A stretch of DNA of 63,821 nucleotides, counting the filler, from Acidimicrobiia bacterium (GTDB lineage: Bacteria > Actinomycetota > Acidimicrobiia > Spongiisociales > JAENVV01), in assembly GCA_041577335.1 (NCBI GenBank). It is 3 parts of 3 records of this genome, joined end to end, with 100 filler letters (N's around TTAATTAATTAA, not from the genome) between each part and the next. Parts side by side here need not be neighbours in the genome. Positions count along the whole stretch, not along the records: positions 1 to 26,429 come from JBFGJH010000045.1; positions 26,530 to 52,945 come from JBFGJH010000046.1; 1 more part is not named here. One strand, written 5' to 3'. Below are positions 19,710 to 29,326 of the stretch, in pieces. Below the pieces are notes generated by a model. That model was given only the letters and a program-made list of their open reading frames with translations, was not told the origin of the DNA and did not search any database. Position 1 is the stretch's first letter. Every line of letters starts with the position of its first letter. The position numbers and the translations under genes were made by a program.

Positions 19710-20563
19710 GTGAGGTCATCCGGGATCATCACACACTCGAAGACCTCGACGCCGCGCCGCCGAGTGCGGGCAACTATGAGCATCTCCTCCAGGTCAAGGA
19801 CATCAAGCTGTCGTTCAAGGGTGTGAAAGCAATCGACGGCGTCTCGTTTCACGTCGATGACGGAGAGTTGTTCTCGGTCATCGGACCGAATGGAGCCGGC
19901 AAGACGTCGATCTTCAACTGCCTCAACCAGGTGTACAGACCACAGGAGGGTCAGATCCTGTGGAAGGGCGAATCCATCATGGGCATCAAACCCAACAAGA
20001 CGGCTGAGCTGGGCATTGCTCGTACCTTCCAGAACATCGCTTTGTTTGCGCACATGACCGTGCTCGAGAACATCCTCACCGGGCGGCACATTCGCATGAA
20101 TTCGGGGTGGCTGTCGGGCTCGGTGTGGCTCGGCAAGGCCAAGAAAGAGGAGATGGCCAATCGTCGTCAGGTCGAGGACATCATCGACTTCCTCGAAATC
20201 GAGCAGTGGCGCAAATACCCGGTCGGATTGCTTCCCTACGGAGTGCAGAAGCGGGTCGAGCTCGGACGAGCCTTGGCAATGGGCCCCGAGCTGCTCCTGC
20301 TCGACGAGCCGGTCGCCGGTATGAATCTCGAAGAGACCGAGGACATGGCCCGCTTCATCCTCGATATCAGGGACGAGCTCAACATTGCGATGATCCTCGT
20401 CGAGCACGACATGGGACTCGTGATGGATATCGCCGACCGGATCATGGTTCTGGACTTCGGCGTGCCGATCGCGACCGGGTTGCCCGAAGCCATCCAAAAG
20501 AATCCCGACGTGATCAGGGCCTACCTGGGCGAGGAGCACAGCACCGAGGTAGCCCCCGAGTAG
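19706..20563 (+). CDS. ABC ATP-binding protein, LivG-like
   Basis: GPNGAGKTS, GIARTFQN, LPYGVQKRVE, LDEPVAG, VEHDM. Confidence 0.93.
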   Translation: MSEVIRDHHTLEDLDAAPPSAGNYEHLLQVKDIKLSFKGVKAIDGVSFHVDDGELFSVIGPNGAGKTSIFNCLNQVYRPQEGQILWKGESIMGIKPNKTAELGIARTFQNIALFAHMTVLENILTGRHIRMNSGWLSGSVWLGKAKKEEMANRRQVEDIIDFLEIEQWRKYPVGLLPYGVQKRVELGRALAMGPELLLLDEPVAGMNLEETEDMARFILDIRDELNIAMILVEHDMGLVMDIADRIMVLDFGVPIATGLPEAIQKNPDVIRAYLGEEHSTEVAPE

Positions 20564-20600
20564 CGACTCTTGCGCGGGTCGAGAGGATCTCCTCCCGTCC

Positions 20601-21179
20601 TCAGCTGCGGGTGCCTACCAATCTCCAGGCCAGCGGCGTTGCGCTTGCCGCGATGAGCAGCTTCACGAGGTCGCCGATGACGAATGGCGCGAAGCCGAGA
20701 GCGAGCGCAGCGGCGAAATCGACCTCGAGGAATCGCATCAACCACGTGGTGCCGAATGCGTAGATGATCACCGATCCGAGCAGGAAAGCGGGGAGCGATG
20801 ACGCAAATGTTCGGTCTTGTTTGCGCTCGGCGAGCAGACCCACCACATAGGCCGCGGCGACGAAACCAAACAGATATCCGGCCGTGGCACCCGTGGCGGC
20901 CTCCCATCCTCCTGCGCCATCGGCGTAGATCGGCGCGCCGAGCGCACCAACCAGTACATACAGCAACTGACTGGACGCGCCGGCGCGGCTGCCCAATGCT
21001 GCTCCACCGAGCAGAACCACCAAGGTCTGGCCCGTGATGGGCACCGGTGTGAATGGAAGGGGGATGGCGATTTGTGCGGCCAATGCCGTGAGCGCCGCAA
21101 AACCGACGACGGCCAGAACGGTTGCGACCGTGCTCCGAGGCAAGATGCGGCCAGTGAGTACGGCAGGGTGGGCGAGCAC
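20601..21179 (-). CDS. bioY: Biotin transporter BioY
   Basis: PFTPVPITGQTL, GATAGYLFGF, PFVIGDLVK. Confidence 0.92.
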   Translation of the reverse strand: MLAHPAVLTGRILPRSTVATVLAVVGFAALTALAAQIAIPLPFTPVPITGQTLVVLLGGAALGSRAGASSQLLYVLVGALGAPIYADGAGGWEAATGATAGYLFGFVAAAYVVGLLAERKQDRTFASSLPAFLLGSVIIYAFGTTWLMRFLEVDFAAALALGFAPFVIGDLVKLLIAASATPLAWRLVGTRS

Positions 21180-21280
21180 GGTGTCTCCTCGGATCGTCGA
21201 ATGATTGACTCGTTTGGCACCAGTGACGTTACCGCAGTCGCTCGTGGTGTTGCGCCGTCAACTCGGTACCATGGCCGCTC

Positions 21281-22339
21281 ATGGAACCAGACCCCGGCGC
21301 GCTCGTCCTGGACTACGACGTCCCCCACCAACCTGCTGCGACTCCCATCGCCAAATGGCCGTTCTGGGTGGCCGGGCTCATGGTGGCTCTGGCCGGCGCG
21401 GTGGCCGTTTCCATGATGGTCACCGTGCCGTACATCGCCTTCAGCCCCGGTCCGGTGATCGAGATCGACGAGATGATGGTGCTCGGAGAGCCCGATCCAC
21501 TCACTGGTGAGTTCTACATGCTCACCGTTGCCACGACGCCCCCCCTGACGGCCCTGGAGTTCTTGGTTGCCAACTTCGACAACGAGTCGGACATCTATGC
21601 CCGCGAGGCGATTCGCCCGTCAGGTATCTCAGACGAGGAGTACGCGCAACGCAACCGTGATCTCATGGACGAGTCCAAATCGACTGCGGTGCTCGTCGCG
21701 TTGGAGCGCAGCGGCTACGAAGTCACCTACACAGGCGAGGGTGTTCTGGTGGCAGGATTCTCCGAAGGGTCCCCCGTCGAAGGCGTGCTCATGGCCGACG
21801 ACATCATCACGGCCGTTGACGGCGCCCCCGTCGATACCGCCGGCGACTTCATCTCGCTGGTCTCCGAACGGGAAGTCGGCGACGAGGTGGATCTGACCAT
21901 CGACCGGGACGGCACCGTTCTCACCAAGACGGTGACCCTGATCCCGCATGTCGACGATGACGGCCGGGCCATGGTCGGGTTTCTCGCCACCACCTACAAC
22001 TTCGACTTCGTCACTCCGATCGAGATCGACATCGACGACGACAACATCGGCGGCCCGTCCGCCGGCCTGATGTACACGTTGACCCTGATGGACCTGCTCC
22101 AACCCGACGACCTCACCTCTGGCCGGGTCATTGCCGGCACGGGCACCATTCGCCCCGATGGCTCGGTCGGCCCCATCGGGGGTGTTCGACAGAAGGTCTA
22201 TGCCGCCGAAGAAGTCGGCGCCGACTACATGTTCGTGCCCGCCGACAACTGGGAAGAGGCTCTCACCGCCGATCATTCCATCCAGCTCATCCGCGTCGCC
22301 ACCGTCGACGAAGCACTGGAATTCCTCCAGTCCCTATAG
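21281..22339 (+). CDS. PDZ-domain Lon-like (S16) protease, YlbL family
   Basis: N-terminal TM, PDZ region, IGGPSAGLM (Ser) and GPIGGVRQK (Lys) dyad. Confidence 0.9.
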   Translation: MEPDPGALVLDYDVPHQPAATPIAKWPFWVAGLMVALAGAVAVSMMVTVPYIAFSPGPVIEIDEMMVLGEPDPLTGEFYMLTVATTPPLTALEFLVANFDNESDIYAREAIRPSGISDEEYAQRNRDLMDESKSTAVLVALERSGYEVTYTGEGVLVAGFSEGSPVEGVLMADDIITAVDGAPVDTAGDFISLVSEREVGDEVDLTIDRDGTVLTKTVTLIPHVDDDGRAMVGFLATTYNFDFVTPIEIDIDDDNIGGPSAGLMYTLTLMDLLQPDDLTSGRVIAGTGTIRPDGSVGPIGGVRQKVYAAEEVGADYMFVPADNWEEALTADHSIQLIRVATVDEALEFLQSL

Positions 22340-22418
22340 CGATCGAATCACGATTCGATTCGGTTGTTGGCGCGTGCCTTCGCACGCCCTCACACTGTCG
22401 GCACGGCGCGCAGGTCGC

Positions 22419-22572
22419 CGTGCCTCCTGAATGAGGGGGTTGGCGGAGCGCCCCCCTCGAGCTCCCCCAATGGAAGTGCCACAGTGTTTCTCCCTCCAGC
22501 GAGCGGAGCGAGTGTTGGGGGGAGTGGCGGCGCCGGCAGGCGCCGGCAAGGGGGGCCGAGCCGGAGGCGAGG
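22419..22572. repeat. Composite REP-like intergenic element (copy B)
   Basis: 22419-22470 matches 25507-25580; 22486-22572 resembles 8564-8656; CTCCCCCAA can pair with TTGGGGGGAG. Confidence 0.7.
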
Positions 22573-22693
22573 TCTCGTGCTCAGCAGGTAGAAGCAAGGA
22601 GCCACTGGTGTTCGGTCGCTGATTTGCTTCGTTCGGTTGGCCGGGGCCGGCCGGTCGACCCAATGGGAACGGTGGTCGGTTATCGTTTCGGTC

Positions 22694-24397
22694 ATGTCAG
22701 ATGCTCCCTCCTCCGGTCGGCCGTTCAAGGCCGCATTTCGGGGATACGACCAGGACGAGGTCGATCAATATCTCACGCAATTGGAGCTGAAGCTCGAAAA
22801 GACACGCGAGCATCAAGAGGCACTTGCGGCCCGTCTCGAGCAGCTCGGCGAGAAGAAACATGACTTCGACGCCCTCGGGGCCGAGCTCAGCCAGATGCTC
22901 AACCTCGCTCAAGAAGCCGCAGACGGCATGCGCAAGCGGGCCACCGACGAAGTGGCACTGTGGCGAGCCGAGGCGAGAGCCGAGGTCGACCACGCGGTGA
23001 GGTCATCGACCGACGACTCCGAGGCCATGAGAGCCGACGCCTGGCGAGCCGCTGAACAGCTTCTCAATCAGGCGCAATCCGAGGCCGAACGGATCCTTGC
23101 CGAAGCCCAGCGAGAGGCGCTGGCGCTCACCGGTCAGGCCGAACGCGACGCCCACCGACTCGGTTCCAACGCCAAGCGCGATGCCGAGGAGCAGATGAAG
23201 CTCGCCAAGGTCGAGGCTGAGCGAATCCTGACCGAAGCACGAGCCGAACGCGACCAGATCGTCGATTTGGCCCGCAAAGCCGCCGACCAGGCTCAGGAAC
23301 GAGCGAGGGCCTTGGAGATAAGGCGGAACGACCTGCTCACGGAACTCGAATCGGTGCGCTCGACCGTGTCGCGTCTCGAGTCCGATCTCGAAGAAAAGCG
23401 GCAAGCCCTCTCTGCGGTGCCCGCTGCTGACCGGCTCGACGACGATCTCGAGCCGGCCGAAGCAGGCGAACCAGCCGAAGCAGCTGACCAACTCGTAGAG
23501 GTCGAAGCATCCCCGCCGACAGAACAGGGACGGACCAAATGGGCGAAAGACTCAATCCGCATCATTCCTGCGGCCACGGCGGACGAAGACAAGCCCGTGG
23601 ACGCAACCGAAATGGCCGACGAGGCCCGCCTGCGCAATTCTGAGCCGGCGGCCGAAGCAGAAGGAGCGGCCTCTGAGGAAGAAGACGGATTGACGGACCT
23701 TTTCGCCGAGCTCACCAGCGGTGACGCCGAGGATGGTGAGATCGTTGTGGAACATGAGGAATTCGACGGGTTTGCGCTGCGAGATCAGCTGCTGTTGCCG
23801 ATCACCAACCGCATACTCCGTTCTGTGAAACGGCAATTGACCGATTCTCAGAACGTTGCGCTCGAAGCGCTTGGCGAGGCCGGCGAGGACTGGACACCTG
23901 ACGTAACCGACGTCGAAAAGGCACTACACGGCGACTTTGTGATTCTTGCTCAGGAGTCGTTCGCAGCGGGATACGCAGGTGTGGAGACCATGACCGGAGA
24001 GTCTCTGGGCCGGCCCAAACCGGAAGCGAGCGAGGTGACGGAGCAGACCGGAGCATTCACCGCTGCTCTGGAGGAATCGCTCGTGGCGGCCATAGCCGAT
24101 GCTGATTCCGAGCGAGCTTCCTCATCGGCGGTGTCACGTACGTATCGAGTATGGCGAACCGACGAAGCTGAACGCAGAATCCGCAGCTATGCCCGGCTCG
24201 GCTACCACAAGGGAGTCGCTCGTGGCCTCTATGCGCTCGGCATGACCACCATGGAATGGGTGCTCGGCTCTCCCACCTGTGAGATCTGTGCCGCGGAAGC
24301 CGAGAAGTCGCCGATGGAGATAGCCACCCACCTCCGCAAAGACATTCCTGTCCCTCCGATCCACCCAGACTGTTCCTGTACCTTGGTCCCTGCGTAA
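22694..24397 (+). CDS. DivIVA-domain coiled-coil protein with C-terminal MuF-like domain
   Basis: FKAAFRGYDQDEVDQYL DivIVA motif, long Ala/Glu/Arg coiled coil, C-terminal W...TCEIC...PPIHPDCSC. Confidence 0.85.
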   Translation: MSDAPSSGRPFKAAFRGYDQDEVDQYLTQLELKLEKTREHQEALAARLEQLGEKKHDFDALGAELSQMLNLAQEAADGMRKRATDEVALWRAEARAEVDHAVRSSTDDSEAMRADAWRAAEQLLNQAQSEAERILAEAQREALALTGQAERDAHRLGSNAKRDAEEQMKLAKVEAERILTEARAERDQIVDLARKAADQAQERARALEIRRNDLLTELESVRSTVSRLESDLEEKRQALSAVPAADRLDDDLEPAEAGEPAEAADQLVEVEASPPTEQGRTKWAKDSIRIIPAATADEDKPVDATEMADEARLRNSEPAAEAEGAASEEEDGLTDLFAELTSGDAEDGEIVVEHEEFDGFALRDQLLLPITNRILRSVKRQLTDSQNVALEALGEAGEDWTPDVTDVEKALHGDFVILAQESFAAGYAGVETMTGESLGRPKPEASEVTEQTGAFTAALEESLVAAIADADSERASSSAVSRTYRVWRTDEAERRIRSYARLGYHKGVARGLYALGMTTMEWVLGSPTCEICAAEAEKSPMEIATHLRKDIPVPPIHPDCSCTLVPA

Positions 24398-24414
24398 TCG
24401 GCCCGATCAGGTGG

Positions 24415-24443
24415 GACTCGACCCGATCAGGATCGGTCGAGTC
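24415..24443. terminator. Hairpin between convergent genes
   Basis: GACTCGACC(C)GAT-CAGG-ATCGGTCGAGTC, 17 nt after the DivIVA stop. Confidence 0.5.
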
Positions 24444-24563
24444 GATCGAGCGCCCCTTCGGCGGCCCTCAAAGCCCCGCGACAGCAGCGACCAACTCAAA
24501 CTCCCCCAAATCGAGGCCGTGCGTCGGGCGCCCGTCGGATGCTCGTGGTTGGAGCAGGTTTGG

Positions 24564-25361
24564 CTAGCGGAGCGTCAGGTAGTTGGCTTGTTCGCAGACC
24601 TGGTGCATGCGCCGGGTTTCGTCGAGGTGTTCGCTGCCAATGGCAACAATCCGGTCGACCGCGCCCAGCGCAAGGGCGGCGCGGCCGTCCTCGTGGTGGT
24701 GCAGGGTCGTGAAGATATCCACGATTCCCTGGCGCAGCGTCGAATCGAGACGTTTCGAGACGGCGATCGGTTGGATAGGTGAGGGCCCCAGCGAGTCGAT
24801 GATTCGCACCGACCTTCCGAATGCATGGTTGCGCCGCAGTTCCACGGACAGGCAATGCGAATCGATCGCCGACGCGTCCACTTGTCCGTTGGCGACCATG
24901 CTCATCGACACTTCGTGGTATCCCGATTCGATCACCTCCTTGAAGAACCCCTTGGTTTCGCCGATCGAGACCAGGTGGTAGCGGGTGATTCCGTACCCGG
25001 ACTGGGAGAGCGGTTCGTTGTAGGCCCACGCACTTCCCCGCAGGTCGAGGAACGACCGATAGGGGCTGTTGCGGTGGACGATGACATCCGAGAAGTAGAT
25101 AGGAAGGCGGCCATATCGGGCATCCGCCAAGACTGGCGCTGCCACCGGCACGGCGGGCGATATCCCCTCGCGTTCGAACATGACGAAGGCGAGGCTGCAC
25201 ACGAAGCACACGTCGTTGACGTCGTTGACGCAGTTTTCGTAGTCCGTCTCGCCCACCAACTCCGTCGTGAGCCCGAGGCGTGTGCCTACCGCCACGGCAA
25301 GCGCTTCGTAGAAAGGCATCAGATTCGGGGCGAGAAAGGTGCCGAACCGCAGATCAGCCAT
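24564..25361 (-). CDS. PhnD/phosphonate-binding-protein-like protein lacking a signal peptide
   Basis: DVCFVCSL, YFSDVIVH, DLRGSAWAYNEPLSQSGY, SGYHEVS..MVANGQVDASAIDS; start MADLRFGTF. Confidence 0.8.
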   Translation of the reverse strand: MADLRFGTFLAPNLMPFYEALAVAVGTRLGLTTELVGETDYENCVNDVNDVCFVCSLAFVMFEREGISPAVPVAAPVLADARYGRLPIYFSDVIVHRNSPYRSFLDLRGSAWAYNEPLSQSGYGITRYHLVSIGETKGFFKEVIESGYHEVSMSMVANGQVDASAIDSHCLSVELRRNHAFGRSVRIIDSLGPSPIQPIAVSKRLDSTLRQGIVDIFTTLHHHEDGRAALALGAVDRIVAIGSEHLDETRRMHQVCEQANYLTLR

Positions 25362-25506
25362 ACGATATCGATGTACAGCATACGCTCTCGATCGGATTGA
25401 ATCCGATCGAGTTTCAGGACGCGCTGCTTTGCGGTGCCGCGCCGAAGTCGCCGCGGAATCGCCTCCCCCATGCGATTCCGTCGGCAGGTTGCGACACGAA
25501 CTGTCC

Positions 25507-25580
25507 GCACCTCCTGCATGAGGAGGCGAGAGCGCCAAGCGTTCTCGGCTGGCGGTAGCCGCCCCCTCGAGCTCCCCCAA
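25507..25580. repeat. REP-like intergenic element (copy C)
   Basis: CCTCCTG(C/A)ATGAGG...TGGCGG..GCCCCCTCGAGCTCCCCCAA shared with 22419-22470, with an extra inserted hairpin GAGAGCGCCAAGCGTTCTC. Confidence 0.7.
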
Positions 25581-25725
25581 GCTGCGGTCGGTCGCCCGAG
25601 CTGCCAAACCGAAGCTCCATTCGAGTGCCTCCGCCGCACCGACAAGGCGGTGCGGCCCTGGCCCCAGGTGCCAGGCAGCTCCGACGTGGCAGCACAGCCT
25701 GGCGGTGCCCATAGAATGGGCCGCC

Positions 25726-26429
25726 ATGTTGTCTAACGAGCCGGTCTCACCGAAAGCGCCAACTGCCCCGCGTCGCCGCTGGGTGCGCATCGCCATCATC
25801 CTGGTCGGCCTCTACCTTCTGCTCCAAGCGGCTTCTACATTGTGGACCGAGCTCCTTTGGTACCGCTCGGTGAATCTTTCCTCGGTGTGGTCCGAGCTCC
25901 TGTTGTTGCGCATCGGGCTGATGGCCGGCGTGGTGGCAGTCAGCTTCACGTTCGTATATTTCAACTTGGTCTGGGTCGATCGATCGGCGGTGCCGGTGTT
26001 CGCGGCCGACGAGGGCGAAGAAGTGGTCGCCCGGTTCCAGGACTGGGTAGGCCCGCGACGCACCCGAGTCAGAATCGTCATCAGCGCGTTCCTGGCGCTG
26101 ATGACTGGACTGGCCGCGGGATCGTGGACGTACGACGTGGTCTTGTTCCTCAATCAGCAGACGTTCGATCTGGTCGATCCGATCTTCAACAACGATGTCT
26201 CCTTCTACGTGTTCCGGCTTCCGCTCCTCAGAGCGATTGCCACGTATGCGTTCCAGCTGGTCGCCTTGACAACGGTGGTCGTGACATTTCTGCACTTCAT
26301 GAATGGCAGCATCCGGTTGCTCGCCAACCGGGCCCCAGAGGTTTCTCGGGGAGCTCGGATTCAGCTGTCTGTGCTGGTCGCCGGCTTGTTTCTGGTCAAG
26401 GCGGCCAGCTACCGCCTCGACACCTTCGA
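25726..26429 (+). CDS. UPF0182 family membrane protein, 3' truncated by the gap
   Basis: WTELLWYRSV, VDPIFNNDVSFYVFRLP, KAASYRLD. Confidence 0.9.
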
Positions 26430-26529
26430 NNNNNNNNNNNNNNNNNNNNNNNNNNNNNNNNNNNNNNNNNNNNTTAATTAATTAANNNNNNNNNNNNNNN
26501 NNNNNNNNNNNNNNNNNNNNNNNNNNNNN
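26430..26529. other. Artificial contig linker
   Basis: N44-TTAATTAATTAA-N44; stop codons in all six frames; genes truncated on both sides. Confidence 0.98.
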
Positions 26530-27401
26530 TGGAAGAGGCAGGGGTGGTGTCGCGATCGCGGGGACGGCTGGAGCTGACGCCGCGCGGGATGCGCAAGCTA
26601 GGGGAGCGCGCCCTGGCCAAAGTGTTCGAGCGAATCACCGTCGATCGGCCCGGATCTCATGATCACCCATTGGCCGGAGGGTCGGGAGAGCGCACCGGTT
26701 CTGCTCGGCCCTGGCGATTCGGCGACCCGTTCCGCCTCGACATCAACCGCACTCTCCAGAATGCCGTTGTCCGATCCGGCCCGGCCGCCGAGGGCGGAGT
26801 AACACTCCACGCCGACGACTTCGAGATCGAGGAACACGAATATCGCACGGCGGTGGCTACGGTGCTGCTGTTGGATATGAGCCGGTCGATGCCCTTGCGC
26901 GGCCATTGGCTGCCGGCCAAGAGGATGGCGTTGGCGTTGCACACGCTCATCACCACCGCCTACCCGGAGGATTCGCTCACCATCGTCGCCTTTTCGGACT
27001 ACGCCCGCGTCATGAAACCCGAGGATCTCGGCGATGTCGATTGGGAGCCGGTGTACGGGACGAACATGGAACATGCCTTCAGCCTGGCCGGGCGCATCCT
27101 GGCGAAGCATCGCGACTCCGACAAGCAGGTGCTGCTGGTCACCGACGGCGAGCCGACGGCTCACCTCGAAGGTGATCAGGTGTTCTTCCAGTGGCCGCCC
27201 GCGCTCGAGACGCTGGAGAAGACCTACCGCGAGGCGATGCGCCTTGCCAAGTCCGGAGTCACGATGAACATCTTCATGCTCGAGCAAGAGCCCGGCCTCG
27301 TGCGCTTCATCGACCGCCTTGCCGAGATCGTCCGAGGGCGTGTCTTTGCGGCGCAAGGCGACGAGATCGGCGACATGGTGGTGAGGGAGTACCTGAGATA
27401 G
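26530..27401 (+). CDS. vWA domain protein, 5' truncated
   Basis: LELTPRGMRKLGE, WRFGD, LLDMSRSM MIDAS, GTNMEHA, LVTDGEPTAH. Confidence 0.88.
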
Positions 27402-27542
27402 ACCGCTCGACGATTCGGTCCAAACCTCGTCATAACGATCTGTCCAGGTTCGGTGTTTCTCAATGGGCGGTCTCCCTCGAAGAGGCCGGCGTCGGGCCTG
27501 CGGGTCGTCGTATCGAGCTCGCTCGGCCAGAGCTCGAACGAA

Positions 27543-28037
27543 TCAGGTGAGGGCGATGAGTATCAGGAGGAACACTGTGGTCGTCATCGCGAGGACTGTG
27601 CGGATGGCGTTCCAACGATTCCAGCGCGGCTCGAATGCCTGGCGCGCGTTGGCGAGCTCGAGTTCGGCCATCGTGTCCAATTCGATCGCCTGCAGTTGAT
27701 TGTTGAGTGGGATGTTGATGGTGGCGGTGGGCAACTGAACCCCGAGCACGTAGATGAGGCCGGCGCCCACGAGGAGCAAGCGCGAGGCGCCTTCCACCTG
27801 CTGCCAGCCGGCTACCACGGTTGCGATGACTGCGGCCACCGACCCTACCCAGACCAGCATGAACAGAGGTTGGCGGTTCTGGATGATGCGGTCCATGGCA
27901 CGGAATCCGGACAGGAACTCACGGTCACCGAGCGTGCCGAGACCCGGCATGGCAACAATGGCAAAGGCGAGCAAGAATCCGGCGACCAGCCCGCACAGAA
28001 GCGCGGCGAGGACAAGGAGGAATTCAAAGAGCTGCAT
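27543..28037 (-). CDS. DUF1772 (anthrone oxygenase-like) membrane protein
   Basis: GLVAGFLLAFAIVAMPGL, NIPLNNQL, FEPRWNRWNAIRT. Confidence 0.88.
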   Translation of the reverse strand: MQLFEFLLVLAALLCGLVAGFLLAFAIVAMPGLGTLGDREFLSGFRAMDRIIQNRQPLFMLVWVGSVAAVIATVVAGWQQVEGASRLLLVGAGLIYVLGVQLPTATINIPLNNQLQAIELDTMAELELANARQAFEPRWNRWNAIRTVLAMTTTVFLLILIALT

Positions 28038-28151
28038 TCGGGCGGACGCTCCCTCCGCGTTGATGTGCGCCCTGGAGGCTAGGGGAGGATCTCACGGTGC
28101 GCACGGAAGCACACAGTGCCGTACGACTCGTCAGGACCCGAGGCAGCCCGC

Positions 28152-28835
28152 CTACCACATAGGCCACGGCACGGCGGGCCGGTCGTGGGGTGGGTGGGGG
28201 TGGACAGGGCGAGCCAGGAGGGCTTCCACCCGTTCCGTCACGGCTCTGGCTTCTCGATGGCCGAGGAGCTGGCGGATCCGCTTCGACAGAGCGTTCTCCA
28301 TCGCGCCACACAGGCGACGCAGGCCGGCCACCAGCTCTGGCGGAATCGGCCGGCCGCCCAAGCCCCACAAGATCGTTCGGAGCTTGTCCTCGGGGTGGAA
28401 CGTGAGGCCTTGATCGATGCCCCAGATCTTGCCCGTGCCCCGTTCGATGATCATGTGGCCCAGCTTGCGGTCGGCGTTGTTGGTGACCAGGTCGAGCACC
28501 GCGAATGGCCACAGCCGGTCGTCGACATCCTCCTCGACCAGAGGGCGCGGGTCGATGTCGGTGTCCTCGTCGATGAAGCGCTGGGCCGATCCCCGTCCAT
28601 ACGGCCCGTCGGTGATCACCGTCTCTGGGATGACGTCGATGCCCATGGCGGCAGCCACCTCATAGGTCAGCGCCTCCCGCGAGCCGAGGGTTCCCAAGTC
28701 GAAATCCCATAGTGGTCGTTCGCCCCGGTCGGGCTTGTAGACCCAGAGAGCGTCGTCGGCCGCCCGGGCGAGCAGCGTGGCATTCGACGCGTACGGGAGC
28801 CGGCCAAGGACTTCGACCAGGTCCACCGTGGCCAT
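28152..28835 (-). CDS. SCO1664 family (PI3/4-kinase-like) protein
   Basis: ASNATLL, VYKP..GERPLWDF, NNADRKLGH, WGIDQGLTFH, KLRTILW, PWPMW. Confidence 0.9.
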   Translation of the reverse strand: MATVDLVEVLGRLPYASNATLLARAADDALWVYKPDRGERPLWDFDLGTLGSREALTYEVAAAMGIDVIPETVITDGPYGRGSAQRFIDEDTDIDPRPLVEEDVDDRLWPFAVLDLVTNNADRKLGHMIIERGTGKIWGIDQGLTFHPEDKLRTILWGLGGRPIPPELVAGLRRLCGAMENALSKRIRQLLGHREARAVTERVEALLARPVHPHPPHDRPAVPWPMW

Positions 28836-29326
28836 CAGTCGGCGTGGTGGCCATTGGTCGACGGGCAGCGGTGACCGTCTGGGTCTTTGGGCAGCCGGCA
28901 CAATTCGCAGAGTGGCCGACCTTGGCCGACGACGTCGAGCGCCTTCAGTGCCATTGCTTGGAGCTGCTCGGGAGCGATGTCGAATTCGATGCCTTCTTGG
29001 TCCTCCTCGGCTGCGACGATGGCAACGGTGACCAGCTCCCGCTCGGGCGAGGCTTGCAAGGTCAACCCTCCCAGCCGAAATGATGGCTCGCCAGGCTCGG
29101 GTAGCTCGATCCTCGAAATGATCTCCTCGACGACGTGGCGGCTGGCGGTCACCTTCGATTCGGCCAGTAGCTGGAGCGATTGGGCGCCCAAGGCCGCCAC
29201 TTGCTCTTTCTCGGCATGAATCCAGAACGGCTCACCGTTGGCGACAACGTGGATGAAAAACGTCCGGGAGCCGGGCTCGCCGACAGCGGCGGCCACAAGC
29301 AGCTCGGCCGGCCCCAATGACCTCAT
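28835..29326 (-). CDS. DUF3090 family protein
   Basis: VGEPGSRTFF, EKEQVAAL, GRPLCELCRLPKDPDGHRCPSTNGH. Confidence 0.9.
   Translation of the reverse strand: MRSLGPAELLVAAAVGEPGSRTFFIHVVANGEPFWIHAEKEQVAALGAQSLQLLAESKVTASRHVVEEIISRIELPEPGEPSFRLGGLTLQASPERELVTVAIVAAEEDQEGIEFDIAPEQLQAMALKALDVVGQGRPLCELCRLPKDPDGHRCPSTNGHHAD

Noticed and set aside
22694..24397. Prophage remnant
   Set aside because: No portal, terminase, capsid, integrase or att site; host-like codon usage and neighbours.
26430..26529. AT-rich palindrome TTAATTAATTAA as a biological site, and linkage across it (also 52946-53045)
   Set aside because: Identical 100-nt artificial linkers; the truncated UPF0182, vWA, glgC and OFA genes are assembly breaks, not pseudogenes.
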